This document shows, in pieces, positions 26,327-37,518 of a DNA stretch of 64,000 nt (its first letter is position 1; each line of letters starts with the position of its first letter). The position numbers and the translations under genes were made by a program. The stretch is from Neocallimastix sp. 'constans' (Eukaryota). Under the pieces are notes generated by a model. It did no database searches. It saw only the letters and a list, made by a program, of their open reading frames with translations, and was not told the DNA's origin. The DNA is taken from contig JBODTK010000129.1 in the NCBI GenBank assembly GCA_050613775.1, positions 124,001 to 188,000 of the forward strand. Direction: 5' to 3'.

Positions 26327-29300
26327 ATGGGAGCAGAAGCACTCCCAATGACAAAACAATAGCTTCATTAAATAATTTACAAAATAATACTTTTACCAAG
26401 AATACCCCAATTGATAATAATTCCTTTAATAAAGAATCTGAAGAATCTGATTTTAGTGACACAACTGAAAGTGAGGATAATATCATTATAAATGCTATAA
26501 AAAGAAAAATGAATGATAATAACAGCGAAAAGGAAGAAAATAATTCCAAGAAAGTACATAAAAGTTTAAAAGATAATCCACGTCCTTTCGCAACTCCTGC
26601 TTTAAGAAAGAAGAAAGAAAATGAGCTACATAATAAACCAAATAAAGTTTATAAAAATCAAATACTTCCTTCAATTTTAACTCAACCAAATATTAACAAA
26701 GAAAAACAAAAAGAAAAGGAATTAAGAAATATAACAAGAGTAAGAGAAAGTAAAGAAGAAAACAACAATTATTCATCAAAAGGAAAGAAAAAAGTTGAAT
26801 CTGAAGATATACTTGTAATCGATAATGAAATAGAAGATATAGAAATGAATAAAGATAATCAACAAAATAAAACTAATACTTTGGAAAAATTAATTTCAAC
26901 AAAAACTAAAGAAACTAATAATGAAAATACTCAGTTAGTAAAAAGGAATATCAAAATGATGAATAATAAAGAACCTTACAATATTATGGATGATTTAAAT
27001 AATCTTAAATCCAGTATTACGATAGGTCAACTCTTGAATGCATGTCCGAAAATTCGTTCACAATTAACTCAAGGTTTAAAGTTAGAAAAATCTAAAATAA
27101 TTGGAACTGTAGACAATGTAATAGCACGAACTTTATTAGTGAATAACTATGATCATAGCTACATAAGTAAAAGTAATGAAGTAGCCGAAGAAGACTTAGC
27201 AATGGTTGATGCAAGTGTTGACGGAGTACTAGGAAAACTTTTAATTGATTCTTGTAGTAACCTAAGCATCGTTACTAAGCAGTATTTTGATAAATTACCT
27301 GGTGAATATGAAACAGTTGGAAAAAGTCGTGGAAGAATCCAACTAGCAACACAAGATGAAGAATACTCGGAAGGAATTATTGTTCAATTACCAGTAAAAA
27401 TTAATAATTATGAATTTAATGCGGACTTTAGAATTATTGAGAAAGAAGACTCATTTTATGATATGTTAATAAACTTTAAAACTCAAATCGATCATTGTTT
27501 ATTTATTCATCCGACCTTAAACAGTTTATGTAAACTTTTGTCAGAAAGTGAATACGAAGAAATAGCTAAAATAAATAATCAATATTATGATGAAGAAAGT
27601 ATAATTTGCACTATTAGAAAAGTTAAAGAAACGAATAATGAAAAGGAAATTATAAAGGAATTAACTCCAATGGAATTTATTGAGAGTGATGAATTTTTAA
27701 GTACCTTAAATAAAGATTATAAAGAACAAATTATTAAAATTCTCAAAGAAATGATTGACATAGTTGCCACTTCAACAGAAGAACTAACTCCTTCTAAACT
27801 TTCACCACATAAGATCCGTTTGAAAGCAAATGCAAAGCCAGTAAAATTAAGAAGTTATAGGTTAACTAAATTAAAATCAGATATCTTAAAAGAAGAACTT
27901 ACAAAGCTTATTAAGAAAGGATTGATAGAACCATCCTGTTCAGAATGGTCATCTCCAGTAGTACTCATTCTAAAACACAATGGAAAGTGGCGCTTGTGTA
28001 TTGACTACCGAAAAGTCAATGATATGACAGAAAAAGATTCTTATTCAGTTCCATATATAGATGAAATTTTTGATAGTCTCGGAGGAGCTAAAATATTTAC
28101 AACTCTTGATTTATTTTCTGGTTTTCACCAAATCTTAATGGATGAAGAAAGCGTTGAAGTAACCACTTTCACTACTAAGTTTGGAAATTATCAATTTAAG
28201 GTTATGCCTTTTGGACTTACTGGAGCTCCCTCAACCTTCCAAAGAGAAATGAATAAAATTTTATTCCCTTTTATTGGTGAATTTGTTTATGTATTTATTG
28301 ATGATGTTTTGATCTATTCAAAAAGTATCGAAGAACATTTAATTCATATTAAACAAGTATTAGAAGTATTTAAAGAAAACAAGTTAAAAATTAATATTGA
28401 AAAGTGCCATTTTCTTCAAACTGAAGTTGATGTATTAGGTCACAAACTTACTACTAAAGGATTAAGTCCCATGGAAAGTAAAATAACAGCTATTAAGAAG
28501 TGGGAAGCCCCTTCATCAATTCATGAATTAAGATCATTTCTAGGAGCAATAGGGTATTATCGTGACTTTATCCCTAAATATGCTCAAATTACCTCACCTT
28601 TATGTAAATTATTGAAAAAGAATACTAAATATGAATGGAATAAAGAACAACAAGAAAGCTTTGAACTCCTAAAAGAAAAATTAATCAATGCACCTATTCT
28701 AAAATTTCCGTCATTTGACAAACCTTTTATCATTAGAACTGATGCTTCGTATAATGGAATTGGTGGAGTTCTTTTACAAAAAGAAGAAGAAACCAGTAAG
28801 GAGCATCCAATACACTTTATAAGTAGAAGTTTAAAGAAAGCTGAAAAGAATTATGGTATTACCGATTTGGAAGGAACAGCTTTATTTTACTGTATGACTA
28901 AATTTAAATCTTATATTGAAGGAAATCCATTACCTACAACTATTTACACAGATCATAAACCATTAGTTGGTTTATTTAAGAATAAAGAACCTTTGAATGC
29001 AAGGCAAACAAGATGGTGTCTAACCGCTAGTATGCTTGGAATTAATATAAAATATGAATCAGGCAAAAAGAATGTGTTAGCTGATGCTCTTTCAAGAATG
29101 AAAAGTAAGGAAGAGAGAAAGATATTATTAACAAAAATTACTAATGGAAATAATGAAGAATTATTATCTAAGGTTATAAAGGAATTTATTAATGAAAAGT
29201 TTACTGTTATTGATGGTGAAGATTACTTTATCGACAATGGAAATTATAGAAAATTAATAACGGACGAAAATGAAAGGTTTAAATTAATTTTAGAAGCTCA

Positions 29301-30324
29301 TAATATTGGCCACGAAGGATATTACAAAACATATCAAAGACTTAAGAAAAACTTTTATTGGAATCATATGATTAAAGATATCAAAAGAATTGTTAGTAAT
29401 TGTGAAAAATGCCAGTTAAATCGTCCTCAACCATATCCAGAACCAACCGAAAACCATCCAACTAAAGTGGAGGGTCCCTTTGTGCATTTAGGATTAGATA
29501 TTATAGGACCGTTACCAAAAACAAGAAATAATAATCAATATATTATAGTAACTGTTGATTACTTTACCAAATGGGTTGAAGCCGAACCCACTGAAAACAT
29601 AACTTCCTCTGATATAATTAAATTTTTAATAAACGTTTTTGCAAGACATGGTGTGCCTCAAGTTATTACTACAGATAATGGAGTCCAATTCACTTCTGAT
29701 ATGACTAAAATCTTTCTTGATCTTTATGATGTTTATGTAAAATTCATAGCTACCTATCACCCTGAATCCAATGGTCTCACTGAAAACCGAAATAAAGAAA
29801 TTGGAAAATTACTTCGTTTATTAGGAAGGAAAAATCAAGATTGGGATGAAGTTTTACCTTCTGCTTTATGGGCACTTCGAACTACCAAAAACACAGCTAC
29901 CGGACATTCTAGTTTTGAATTAGTATATGGAAGAGAAGACCAACAGCCTTATGATATAGCCATAAGAACAATTGAAAATGCAGGTAAATCGTATGATGAA
30001 ATTTTAATGGAAAAATTTGTTCGTCATTATCAATGGACTAGAGAAGCATGCGAAAATGTGAAGAATGCTAACAAGTATTGGGCAACAAGACGAGAAGAAC
30101 AAATAAGTATGAAAAAAGGAAAAGAATTAAAGGCTGGTGATCTTGTTCTTGTTAGAAACTTTAGCCGCACTAAGCTAGAACCATATTACAATGGACCATT
30201 TAAAATTTTAAAAATTCAATTCAACACGGCAACCCTAATCGATCAGAAGACTGGAAAGCAACTCGATAGGAATGTTCACTTTAAAAATTTAGTAAAGTTT
30301 AACTCCGCTTACAGAGAAGCTTGA
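26314..30324 (+). CDS. pol: E1 Pol (PR-RT-RNaseH-IN), expressed by -1 frameshift
   Basis: -1 frame open from the TTTAAAC slip site. Motifs: LIDSCS protease, WRLCIDYR/MPFGL/FIDD RT, TDAS/TDHKPL/ADALSR RNase H, HHCC, DDE and GPF integrase. Gypsy domain order. Confidence 0.96.
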   Translation, partial: FKLLNGSRSTPNDKTIASLNNLQNNTFTKNTPIDNNSFNKESEESDFSDTTESEDNIIINAIKRKMNDNNSEKEENNSKKVHKSLKDNPRPFATPALRKKKENELHNKPNKVYKNQILPSILTQPNINKEKQKEKELRNITRVRESKEENNNYSSKGKKKVESEDILVIDNEIEDIEMNKDNQQNKTNTLEKLISTKTKETNNENTQLVKRNIKMMNNKEPYNIMDDLNNLKSSITIGQLLNACPKIRSQLTQGLKLEKSKIIGTVDNVIARTLLVNNYDHSYISKSNEVAEEDLAMVDASVDGVLGKLLIDSCSNLSIVTKQYFDKLPGEYETVGKSRGRIQLATQDEEYSEGIIVQLPVKINNYEFNADFRIIEKEDSFYDMLINFKTQIDHCLFIHPTLNSLCKLLSESEYEEIAKINNQYYDEESIICTIRKVKETNNEKEIIKELTPMEFIESDEFLSTLNKDYKEQIIKILKEMIDIVATSTEELTPSKLSPHKIRLKANAKPVKLRSYRLTKLKSDILKEELTKLIKKGLIEPSCSEWSSPVVLILKHNGKWRLCIDYRKVNDMTEKDSYSVPYIDEIFDSLGGAKIFTTLDLFSGFHQILMDEESVEVTTFTTKFGNYQFKVMPFGLTGAPSTFQREMNKILFPFIGEFVYVFIDDVLIYSKSIEEHLIHIKQVLEVFKENKLKINIEKCHFLQTEVDVLGHKLTTKGLSPMESKITAIKKWEAPSSIHELRSFLGAIGYYRDFIPKYAQITSPLCKLLKKNTKYEWNKEQQESFELLKEKLINAPILKFPSFDKPFIIRTDASYNGIGGVLLQKEEETSKEHPIHFISRSLKKAEKNYGITDLEGTALFYCMTKFKSYIEGNPLPTTIYTDHKPLVGLFKNKEPLNARQTRWCLTASMLGINIKYESGKKNVLADALSRMKSKEERKILLTKITNGNNEELLSKVIKEFINEKFTVIDGEDYFIDNGNYRKLITDENERFKLILEAHNIGHEGYYKTYQRLKKNFYWNHMIKDIKRIVSNCEKCQLNRPQPYPEPTENHPTKVEGPFVHLGLDIIGPLPKTRNNNQYIIVTVDYFTKWVEAEPTENITSSDIIKFLINVFARHGVPQVITTDNGVQFTSDMTKIFLDLYDVYVKFIATYHPESNGLTENRNKEIGKLLRLLGRKNQDWDEVLPSALWALRTTKNTATGHSSFELVYGREDQQPYDIAIRTIENAGKSYDEILMEKFVRHYQWTREACENVKNANKYWATRREEQISMKKGKELKAGDLVLVRNFSRTKLEPYYNGPFKILKIQFNTATLIDQKTGKQLDRNVHFKNLVKFNSAYREA

Positions 30325-30342
30325 GTCTTCGTCGGGGCATCT

Positions 30343-30838
30343 TGATAAGAATGTACTAAATAATGCATTCTTAATTAAATCTACGATTTATTTCTAATAC
30401 ATTATGTGTACATTATTATTTTTGTACTTTAATAAATTTTTAAATCCAAAGATCAAAAATTAAATCAAAAATTATATTAAACTTTATATCTTTATATTAA
30501 ATCTTATATTAATAGTAATATTTTTATATATTTAAAACTTATATTAGCAATATTAATAATAAATCTTATTTTTTTTATATTAATAATGAAAATTTATATT
30601 AATAATATTTTTATATATTGATAATTAAAAATTTATATATTATATTTTAACTTTTTATTATAAAATTTTATATCGAAATGTTTTATTTTATATTGAAAAA
30701 TATTTTATTTTATTAAAAACCTTTATATTAGAATAGTATTTTTATTTTTATTTGAATATTTTAACAGATTGTAATAAAAATTATAGCCAATTAAATAAAT
30801 TCTTATTAGTAATATTTTAGATATTTTTAAATAAATAA

Positions 30839-30933
<95 letters not shown>

Positions 30934-31232
30934 TTTTATTAATATTATAAATGTATTTTATTTATATTGTTATAATTAAATTTTATATAATTAATTATAA
31001 AAATCAATTTAAATTTAATAGTTTTTAAAAAAAAAAAATAAATAAAATGTAATTTAGTGGCAAGAACAACTTTTATGCCTTGAAAAAAAGTATAAATAGT
31101 TGTAAATTTTGCTACTAATTTTTAAATATCATCAAATAAAATCAAATAAATTTATAAATAAAAATAATAAATAAATAAATAAAATTTGTGTTTCCTTACT
31201 TTATTTTTATTTAATTCTCTAAAACCTTAACA
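30343..31232 (+). repeat. E1 3' LTR (890 bp)
   Basis: Direct repeat of 23139-24029. Confidence 0.95.
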
Positions 31233-31233
31233 A

Positions 31234-33376
31234 TGATAAAGAATAGAATAATAATGATATTTTTAATTAAATTTTTAATAATTTATTATATAAAAATATA
31301 TTATTATATTCTTTACTATTAATAATTTTCTTATATTCTATATTAATAATTTTTATATTAGTTATATTTTATTATTTTTTATATTAAATTTATGTAATTA
31401 ATTAATTTATATGATTGGTTTTAATAATGTAATTAAATAATATAAAATATGTATTATCCATATTATTTTATGAAGGGGGCCTTTCTGAGAAAAGAAATAG
31501 TAGAAATAGTAGTGATAATGAAATAGGAATAATAATTGAAAGGTTTTCCATATTGTTATTAAAATAAATATTAATATTAATAAAGTTATTTTTAACAATA
31601 AAATAATTATATAATTTATAAATAATAAATATTTTTAATAATAGTTCTTTGAAATAAATTTATAATGTGTAATGATAAATTCTTTTAGTGTAATTTAATA
31701 GTTATTTAATTTATCTATTTATTTAATGTTCACACTCCTTTTCTAATATGAACCTCAACATAAAAATTGGTGGAGATATCGGGGAGTGTGAAAACATTGA
31801 TGAATAGATAAGAAAAATAATAGAATATAATATAATATAAAATTAAATGATCATAATAATAATACAAAGAAAATTATAAATTTAATTATAAAATTTTAGT
31901 AATAATTTAAGTAAAAAAATAATATATATAAATTTAAAATTGAATTGTTAAAAATTGAATTATTTTAAAATGAATTCAATTTAATAATTATATTTTTTTT
32001 TAGTTAGGTGGTCGAAGAGTATTTCGAGCCTAACAAATAAATTTTTAATTTTTAAATAAAATCCTTAGGTGGTCAGCCAGAGAGTGTTGAGCCTGAAGGT
32101 AAGTATAATAATTTTTTTTAAATCCTTAAGTGTCGGACAGAGAGTGCCGAACTTGAAGGAATAAATATATAAAAATTATTTCAAATAAACTTTCTTGGGT
32201 GTCGAAAAAGGATTTTCGAACTTGAAGAAAGTTAACAATATATTGGTTTACTGCGGTAGTTCCAATATAATAAACATTGAATAATTTTAAAATTTTAATT
32301 TAAAATAATTTATATTTAGTTTATAATATAAAATTAATACTTAAAATATTACAAATTTTGAAGAAATTATAGAAAAAAAAAAAAAATAATAATTTACAAT
32401 ATATTTTTAAGAAATAATAATATTTATTATATTATTTAGTGTTTATATAATTACATTAATTGAAAATTTATTAGAGCATAATAAATTTTATTTTTTTTTT
32501 ATGATCAATAATAAAATTCCAATTGAGGAATTTAATAAATTATATAATTACATTAATCCTTCACAGAATTAATTCAAAATAAGAGAAGACCAAATACCTT
32601 AAATGAAGAATTATTAAGTAAATCCTAAAAAAAAAAAATATGAGATCCTACTATGTAATGGTCTTTAAATTGCTTTAACTAGACTTGAAATTCAAGATAA
32701 AAATTTATGTGAAGTCGATATACAATTAAAATTAAATTTGGAACAGCAAATTACTTTAATAAAATAAGTGGATTAAAGAAAAATATTTTTTTTTTTGAAG
32801 AAGAAGATAATATTATTATTCAAATTATAAAATAAAGAAGAATATATTAGTATGAAAAATCTCTATGAAGATACTATAAATATTCTTAATTTAGAAAGAG
32901 AGCAATTCAATTATTGGAAAGAAAATATTATAAAAGAAAACGAATTGAACAGTTCTTCACAATCCAAGAAAATTAATAAATTAAATTGTGAAATTGAATC
33001 TTTGAAACTTGGTAAAAGTAGTAATTTAAAAAAATAATTAAAAATAAAAAAAATAATAATAATAAAAATAAATTAGTGATATTTTAAATGGAAATTTCAA
33101 TTAGTTTCATAAATTGAATTATTAAAGTTTAAACATAATGTTAAAATCACTGATTTAGAGAATTCATTATAACCTTCAAAATATGTTATATAATAATTTT
33201 AAATTAATGGAATAAGAAATTATTATATGAATAAATAAAAAAAAAAAAAAAAAATTAAAAAGGATTAGTATCTAAATGAAAGAAGAAAAAGAAGTTTCAA
33301 AGTTCATTGTTGAAGTAACACGCGAAGATATAGAATCTAACGAAGAATATAACAAGAATTGAAAGAAAGAATATGA

Positions 33377-33432
<56 letters not shown>

Positions 33433-33660
33433 TTTTGGTACAATCCAAGTTGATCCTGAAATTTTTGGAACTTTTAAAAATTATTATGAAAAATTTTTAA
33501 TATATGGTAATATATAAATTAAATTATTTAATTTAAATATTTCAATTAATACATATATTAAAATATATTTTAAAATATATAAAAATTTTTAAATTTAAGA
33601 AATAATGATAATATTATATATAAAAAAAAAAAATTTATATTTTTATTTAGTTATATAGTT

Positions 33661-33712
<52 letters not shown>

Positions 33713-34307
33713 TATTTAGTTAATAATATAAGAAAATTTGCCTTTGCTATAGTATAGCAAAAGTTTTAGCGGGGGCATCATGATAAAGAATAGAATAATA
33801 ATGATATTTTTAATTAAATTTTTAATAATTTATTATATAAAAATATATTATTATATTCTTTACTATTAATAATTTTCTTATATTCTATATTAATAATTTC
33901 TATATTAGTTATATTTTATTATTTTTTATATTAAATTTATGTAATTAATTAATTTATATGATTGGTTTTAATAATGTAATTAAATAATATAAAATATGTA
34001 TTATCCATATTATTTTATGAAGGGGGCCTTTCTGAGAAAAGAAATAGTAGAAATAGTAGTGATAATGAAATAGGAATAATAATTGAAAGGTTTTCCATAT
34101 TGTTATTAAAATAAATATTAATATTAATAAAGTTATTTTTAACAATAAAATAATTATATAATTTATAAATAATAAATATTTTTAATAATAGTTCTTTGAA
34201 ATAAATTTATAATGTGTAATGATAAATTCTTTTAGTGTAATTTAATAGTTATTTAATTTATCTATTTATTTAATGTTCACACTCCTTTTCTAATATGAAC
34301 CTCAACA
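31234..34307 (+). mobile_element. E2: non-autonomous LTR element of the E1/E4/E5 group
   Basis: 527-bp LTRs 31234-31760 and 33781-34307 (1 substitution seen), tRNA-Ala PBS at 31768, GGGGGCATCA before the 3' LTR, no gag or pol. TSD GTTA (23132-23135 / 34308-34311) once E1 is removed. Confidence 0.93.
32501..33500 (+). pseudogene. Decayed ORF of unknown origin inside E2
   Basis: Codon-like segments (MINNKIPIEEFNKLYNYINPSQN; MKNLYEDTINILNLEREQFNYWKENII...; MKEEKEVSKFIVEVTREDIESNEEYNK) broken by stops and poly(A); no visible match to the neighbouring gag or pol. Confidence 0.4.
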
Positions 34308-34314
34308 GTTATTG

Positions 34315-35618
34315 TGTAAGAAACTTAGATAAATTTATTATTTTATTATAAAATTTATCTATCTTTCTTATTTAATACATTAATTTAATACATTAAATTA
34401 TTGTATTTAGTTTAACCAATAATATTTAATTATTAATTTATATATATTTGATTCTCTTGAGTTCTCTTCGAGAAATCAAGAGTTATTATTTTAGAATTTT
34501 TATAATAAATAATAATTCAAATAAAATAATTAATTAATAAACAAAACCCTTTTAATAAAACATATTTTATAAATATTTGTGTCTTTTATTCCTTTTGTGT
34601 TATTGTTTATTATAAACTTTCTATAATAAACTCTATCTTATATTTAAGTTAAGTATAATTATTTATTTATATTATTTTATATTTATTTAATTATATTTAA
34701 TTTTATTTTCTCAAATTAATGTTAATTAGTAATAATTAATGTTAATTTGTAGTTAAGAAATTATTTATAATTAATTTTATAAGTAATTTCTTACAATAAT
34801 AACTCTTCTTTTTAGGAAGAAAATATTTTATAAATAATTTAATATGAATATAACAAAAAATAATAATTATAATTATAATGGAATAATTAAATTAAATAAA
34901 TTCATTTTATATTATTTACGAAATTTTTTCTTTCTCTCAATTTAAATTTATAAATTTTTTTTTTTTTGTTTATTTTTTATTTTTTTTTTCATTGTTTATG
35001 TTTGTTTATGTCATATATATATTATTTATTTTGTTTAATTTATTATTACATTTACTAACAATTCTTTATTATTATATATATTAAACATTATAACTTTATA
35101 ATAATATGACAACACTTATTCTGTTTACTTTGCCTATTTACTTTTAAAAATAAGTCTTTATAAATTTCATAAAAATTAACAATATTAAATACTAACTATT
35201 TTACTTTATTTTATTTTATATAACATATTTATCTATTATAATATTATATTTATATTATATTTTAATATTATATAATTGTTTTTATATATAACATTATATA
35301 CATTATATATATATATTTTTCTTATTAAAAAAAAAAAAAAAAAAAAAAAAAATAAAAAAAAAAAAAATAAAATAAAATAAAACAAAAATAAAAACAAAAA
35401 ACAAAAACAAAACAAAAAACAAAAACAAAAACAGAAACAAAATAACAAAATAAAACAAAACAAAGCAACAAAACAGGAAACAAAACAGGAAACAAAACAA
35501 AACAAACAAATAAACAAACAAAAAACAAATAATAAATAAAATAAATTAATAATTTAAAAGATAAGTTGTTCATTTTTCTTTTCTTTAAAATAAATAAAAA
35601 TAAAAAATAAATAAATTA

Positions 35619-35655
<37 letters not shown>

Positions 35656-35959
35656 GTAAATAAAATTATAATTATGATAAATAAAGTAATAATAATAATA
35701 AATAATAATAATAAAAAGTTTTTAATATTGATCATACGAACGAAAATAAAATTTTAAAAAATTATAAGATATATTTAAATATATAATTACAATGTTCTAT
35801 GATCACATATAGATATTAACACTAGGGCTGAAGTGATATAAAAATTGAAATTCACTTCTACGTAATTGAAATAATATATTATTATTAATAATATAATTGT
35901 TAATTACTAATTGCCCTTTGTTAAAACAGATATCGGCAAAAGCTATATCTCGTTATATC

Positions 35960-36031
<72 letters not shown>

Positions 36032-37518
36032 TATGTAATATAAAAAATTATAAAATATTATAATTATTTATTTAATACATATTTCAAAATATACATATAA
36101 AATTTAATATAAAAAATTATAAAATATTATTATTTATTTATTTAATAAATAATTCATATGTATAATTTAAATTATTACTTATTTATTTATCTAATGAATA
36201 ATATAACATATATATAATATAAATAATAAAATGTTATTATTTATTTAATAAATATGAAAAATATATAATATATAATATATAATTTAAAATTATTATTATT
36301 TTCATTCATTTAATGAATAATATACAATATATATATATACTGTAAAATTAATTATTATTATTATTATTTATTTATTTATTAATACAAAATATATATAATA
36401 TATAATATAAATTTATAAATTATTGTTCATTTAATTATTTATCTAAAATAAAATTTTAATTCAAAATTTAAATTTCAATTTTAAATTGAAATTGCAATTA
36501 AATATTTATTTTAATTTTATTTAAATTTTATTTTATTTCTACTTAATATTTCTTAATTTATTACTTCTTAAATTGTTCTTCTTTCATTGAACAATTCAAA
36601 TGAAAAGGAGCAATGTAAGAAATACAAATAAATTTATTAATAATTTATTTACATTTCTTAGTTATTATAATTTATTTAATTTAATATTTATTTATTCATT
36701 TAATAATATAGTCATTTTATTTAATTTTATATTTATTTATACATTTAATAATTATAGTTATTTTATTTAATTTTATAATTATTTATTCACTTATATTTAT
36801 ATATTAGTTTAGAAAACAATATTAAGGTTTTTCCCAAGTTAATTGGTTTTACTTAATATTGATTCATCTAGAGTTTTTCCGCTAATCTTTTCTCTAGATG
36901 TAAAAAAGTTAAGGTTAGCAAAACTTTTAATAAATTATTTAATTTTATTTTTTTTGGTTAATTATAATTTTTATTTTAAACTTACTACTTCCTATATAAT
37001 AATGAATTTATACAAATTCATTAAGTAAAGGGAGCAATGTAAGAAACTTAGATAAATTTATTATTTTATTATAAAATTTATCTATCTTTCTTATTTAATA
37101 CATTAATTTAATACATTAAATTATTGTATTTAGTTTAACCAATAATATTTAATTATTAATTTATATATATTTGATTCTCTTGAGTTCTCTTCGAGAAATC
37201 AAGAGTTATTATTTTAGAATTTTTATAATAAATAATAATTCAAATAAAATAATTAATTAATAAACAAAACCCTTTTAATAAAACATATTTTATAAATATT
37301 TGTGTCTTTTATTCCTTTTGTGTTATTGTTTATTATAAACTTTCTATAATAAACTCTATCTTATATTTAAGTTAAGTATAATTATTTATTTATATTATTT
37401 TATATTTATTTAATTATATTTAATTTTATTTTCTCAAATTAATGTTAATTAGTAATAATTAATGTTAATTTGTAGTTAAGAAATTATTTATAATTAATTT
37501 TATAAGTAATTTCTTACA
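34315..37518 (+). mobile_element. E3: non-coding, non-autonomous LTR element with a Tf1-type self-priming site
   Basis: 481-bp LTRs 34315-34795 and 37038-37518 with 9-bp inverted termini TGTAAGAAA...TTTCTTACA, PPT AAAGGGAGCAA, 5-bp TSD TATTG (34310-34314 / 37519-37523). No tRNA PBS; 34795-34807 is complementary to LTR 34478-34490. Confidence 0.9.

Larger units (their letters stand above)
23139..31232 (+). mobile_element. E1: full-length Ty3/Gypsy LTR retrotransposon
   Basis: LTRs 23139-24029 and 30343-31232 (TG...CA; 2 substitutions and a 1-nt poly(A) difference seen), PBS 24036-24053, gag, pol, G-tract before the 3' LTR, 4-bp TSD ATGA (23135-23138 / 31233-31236). Confidence 0.97.

Noticed and set aside
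30334..30342. GGGCATC as the second half of a bipartite PBS pairing with a tRNA T-arm, as in Ty3
   Set aside because: The 5' PBS is already 17-18 nt, the primer tRNA sequence is not in the window, and the position fits a PPT.
35928..35936. AGATATCGG, a partial match to the tRNA-Ala PBS inside E3
   Set aside because: Only 9 nt, lacks TGG and lies more than 1 kb from the LTR.
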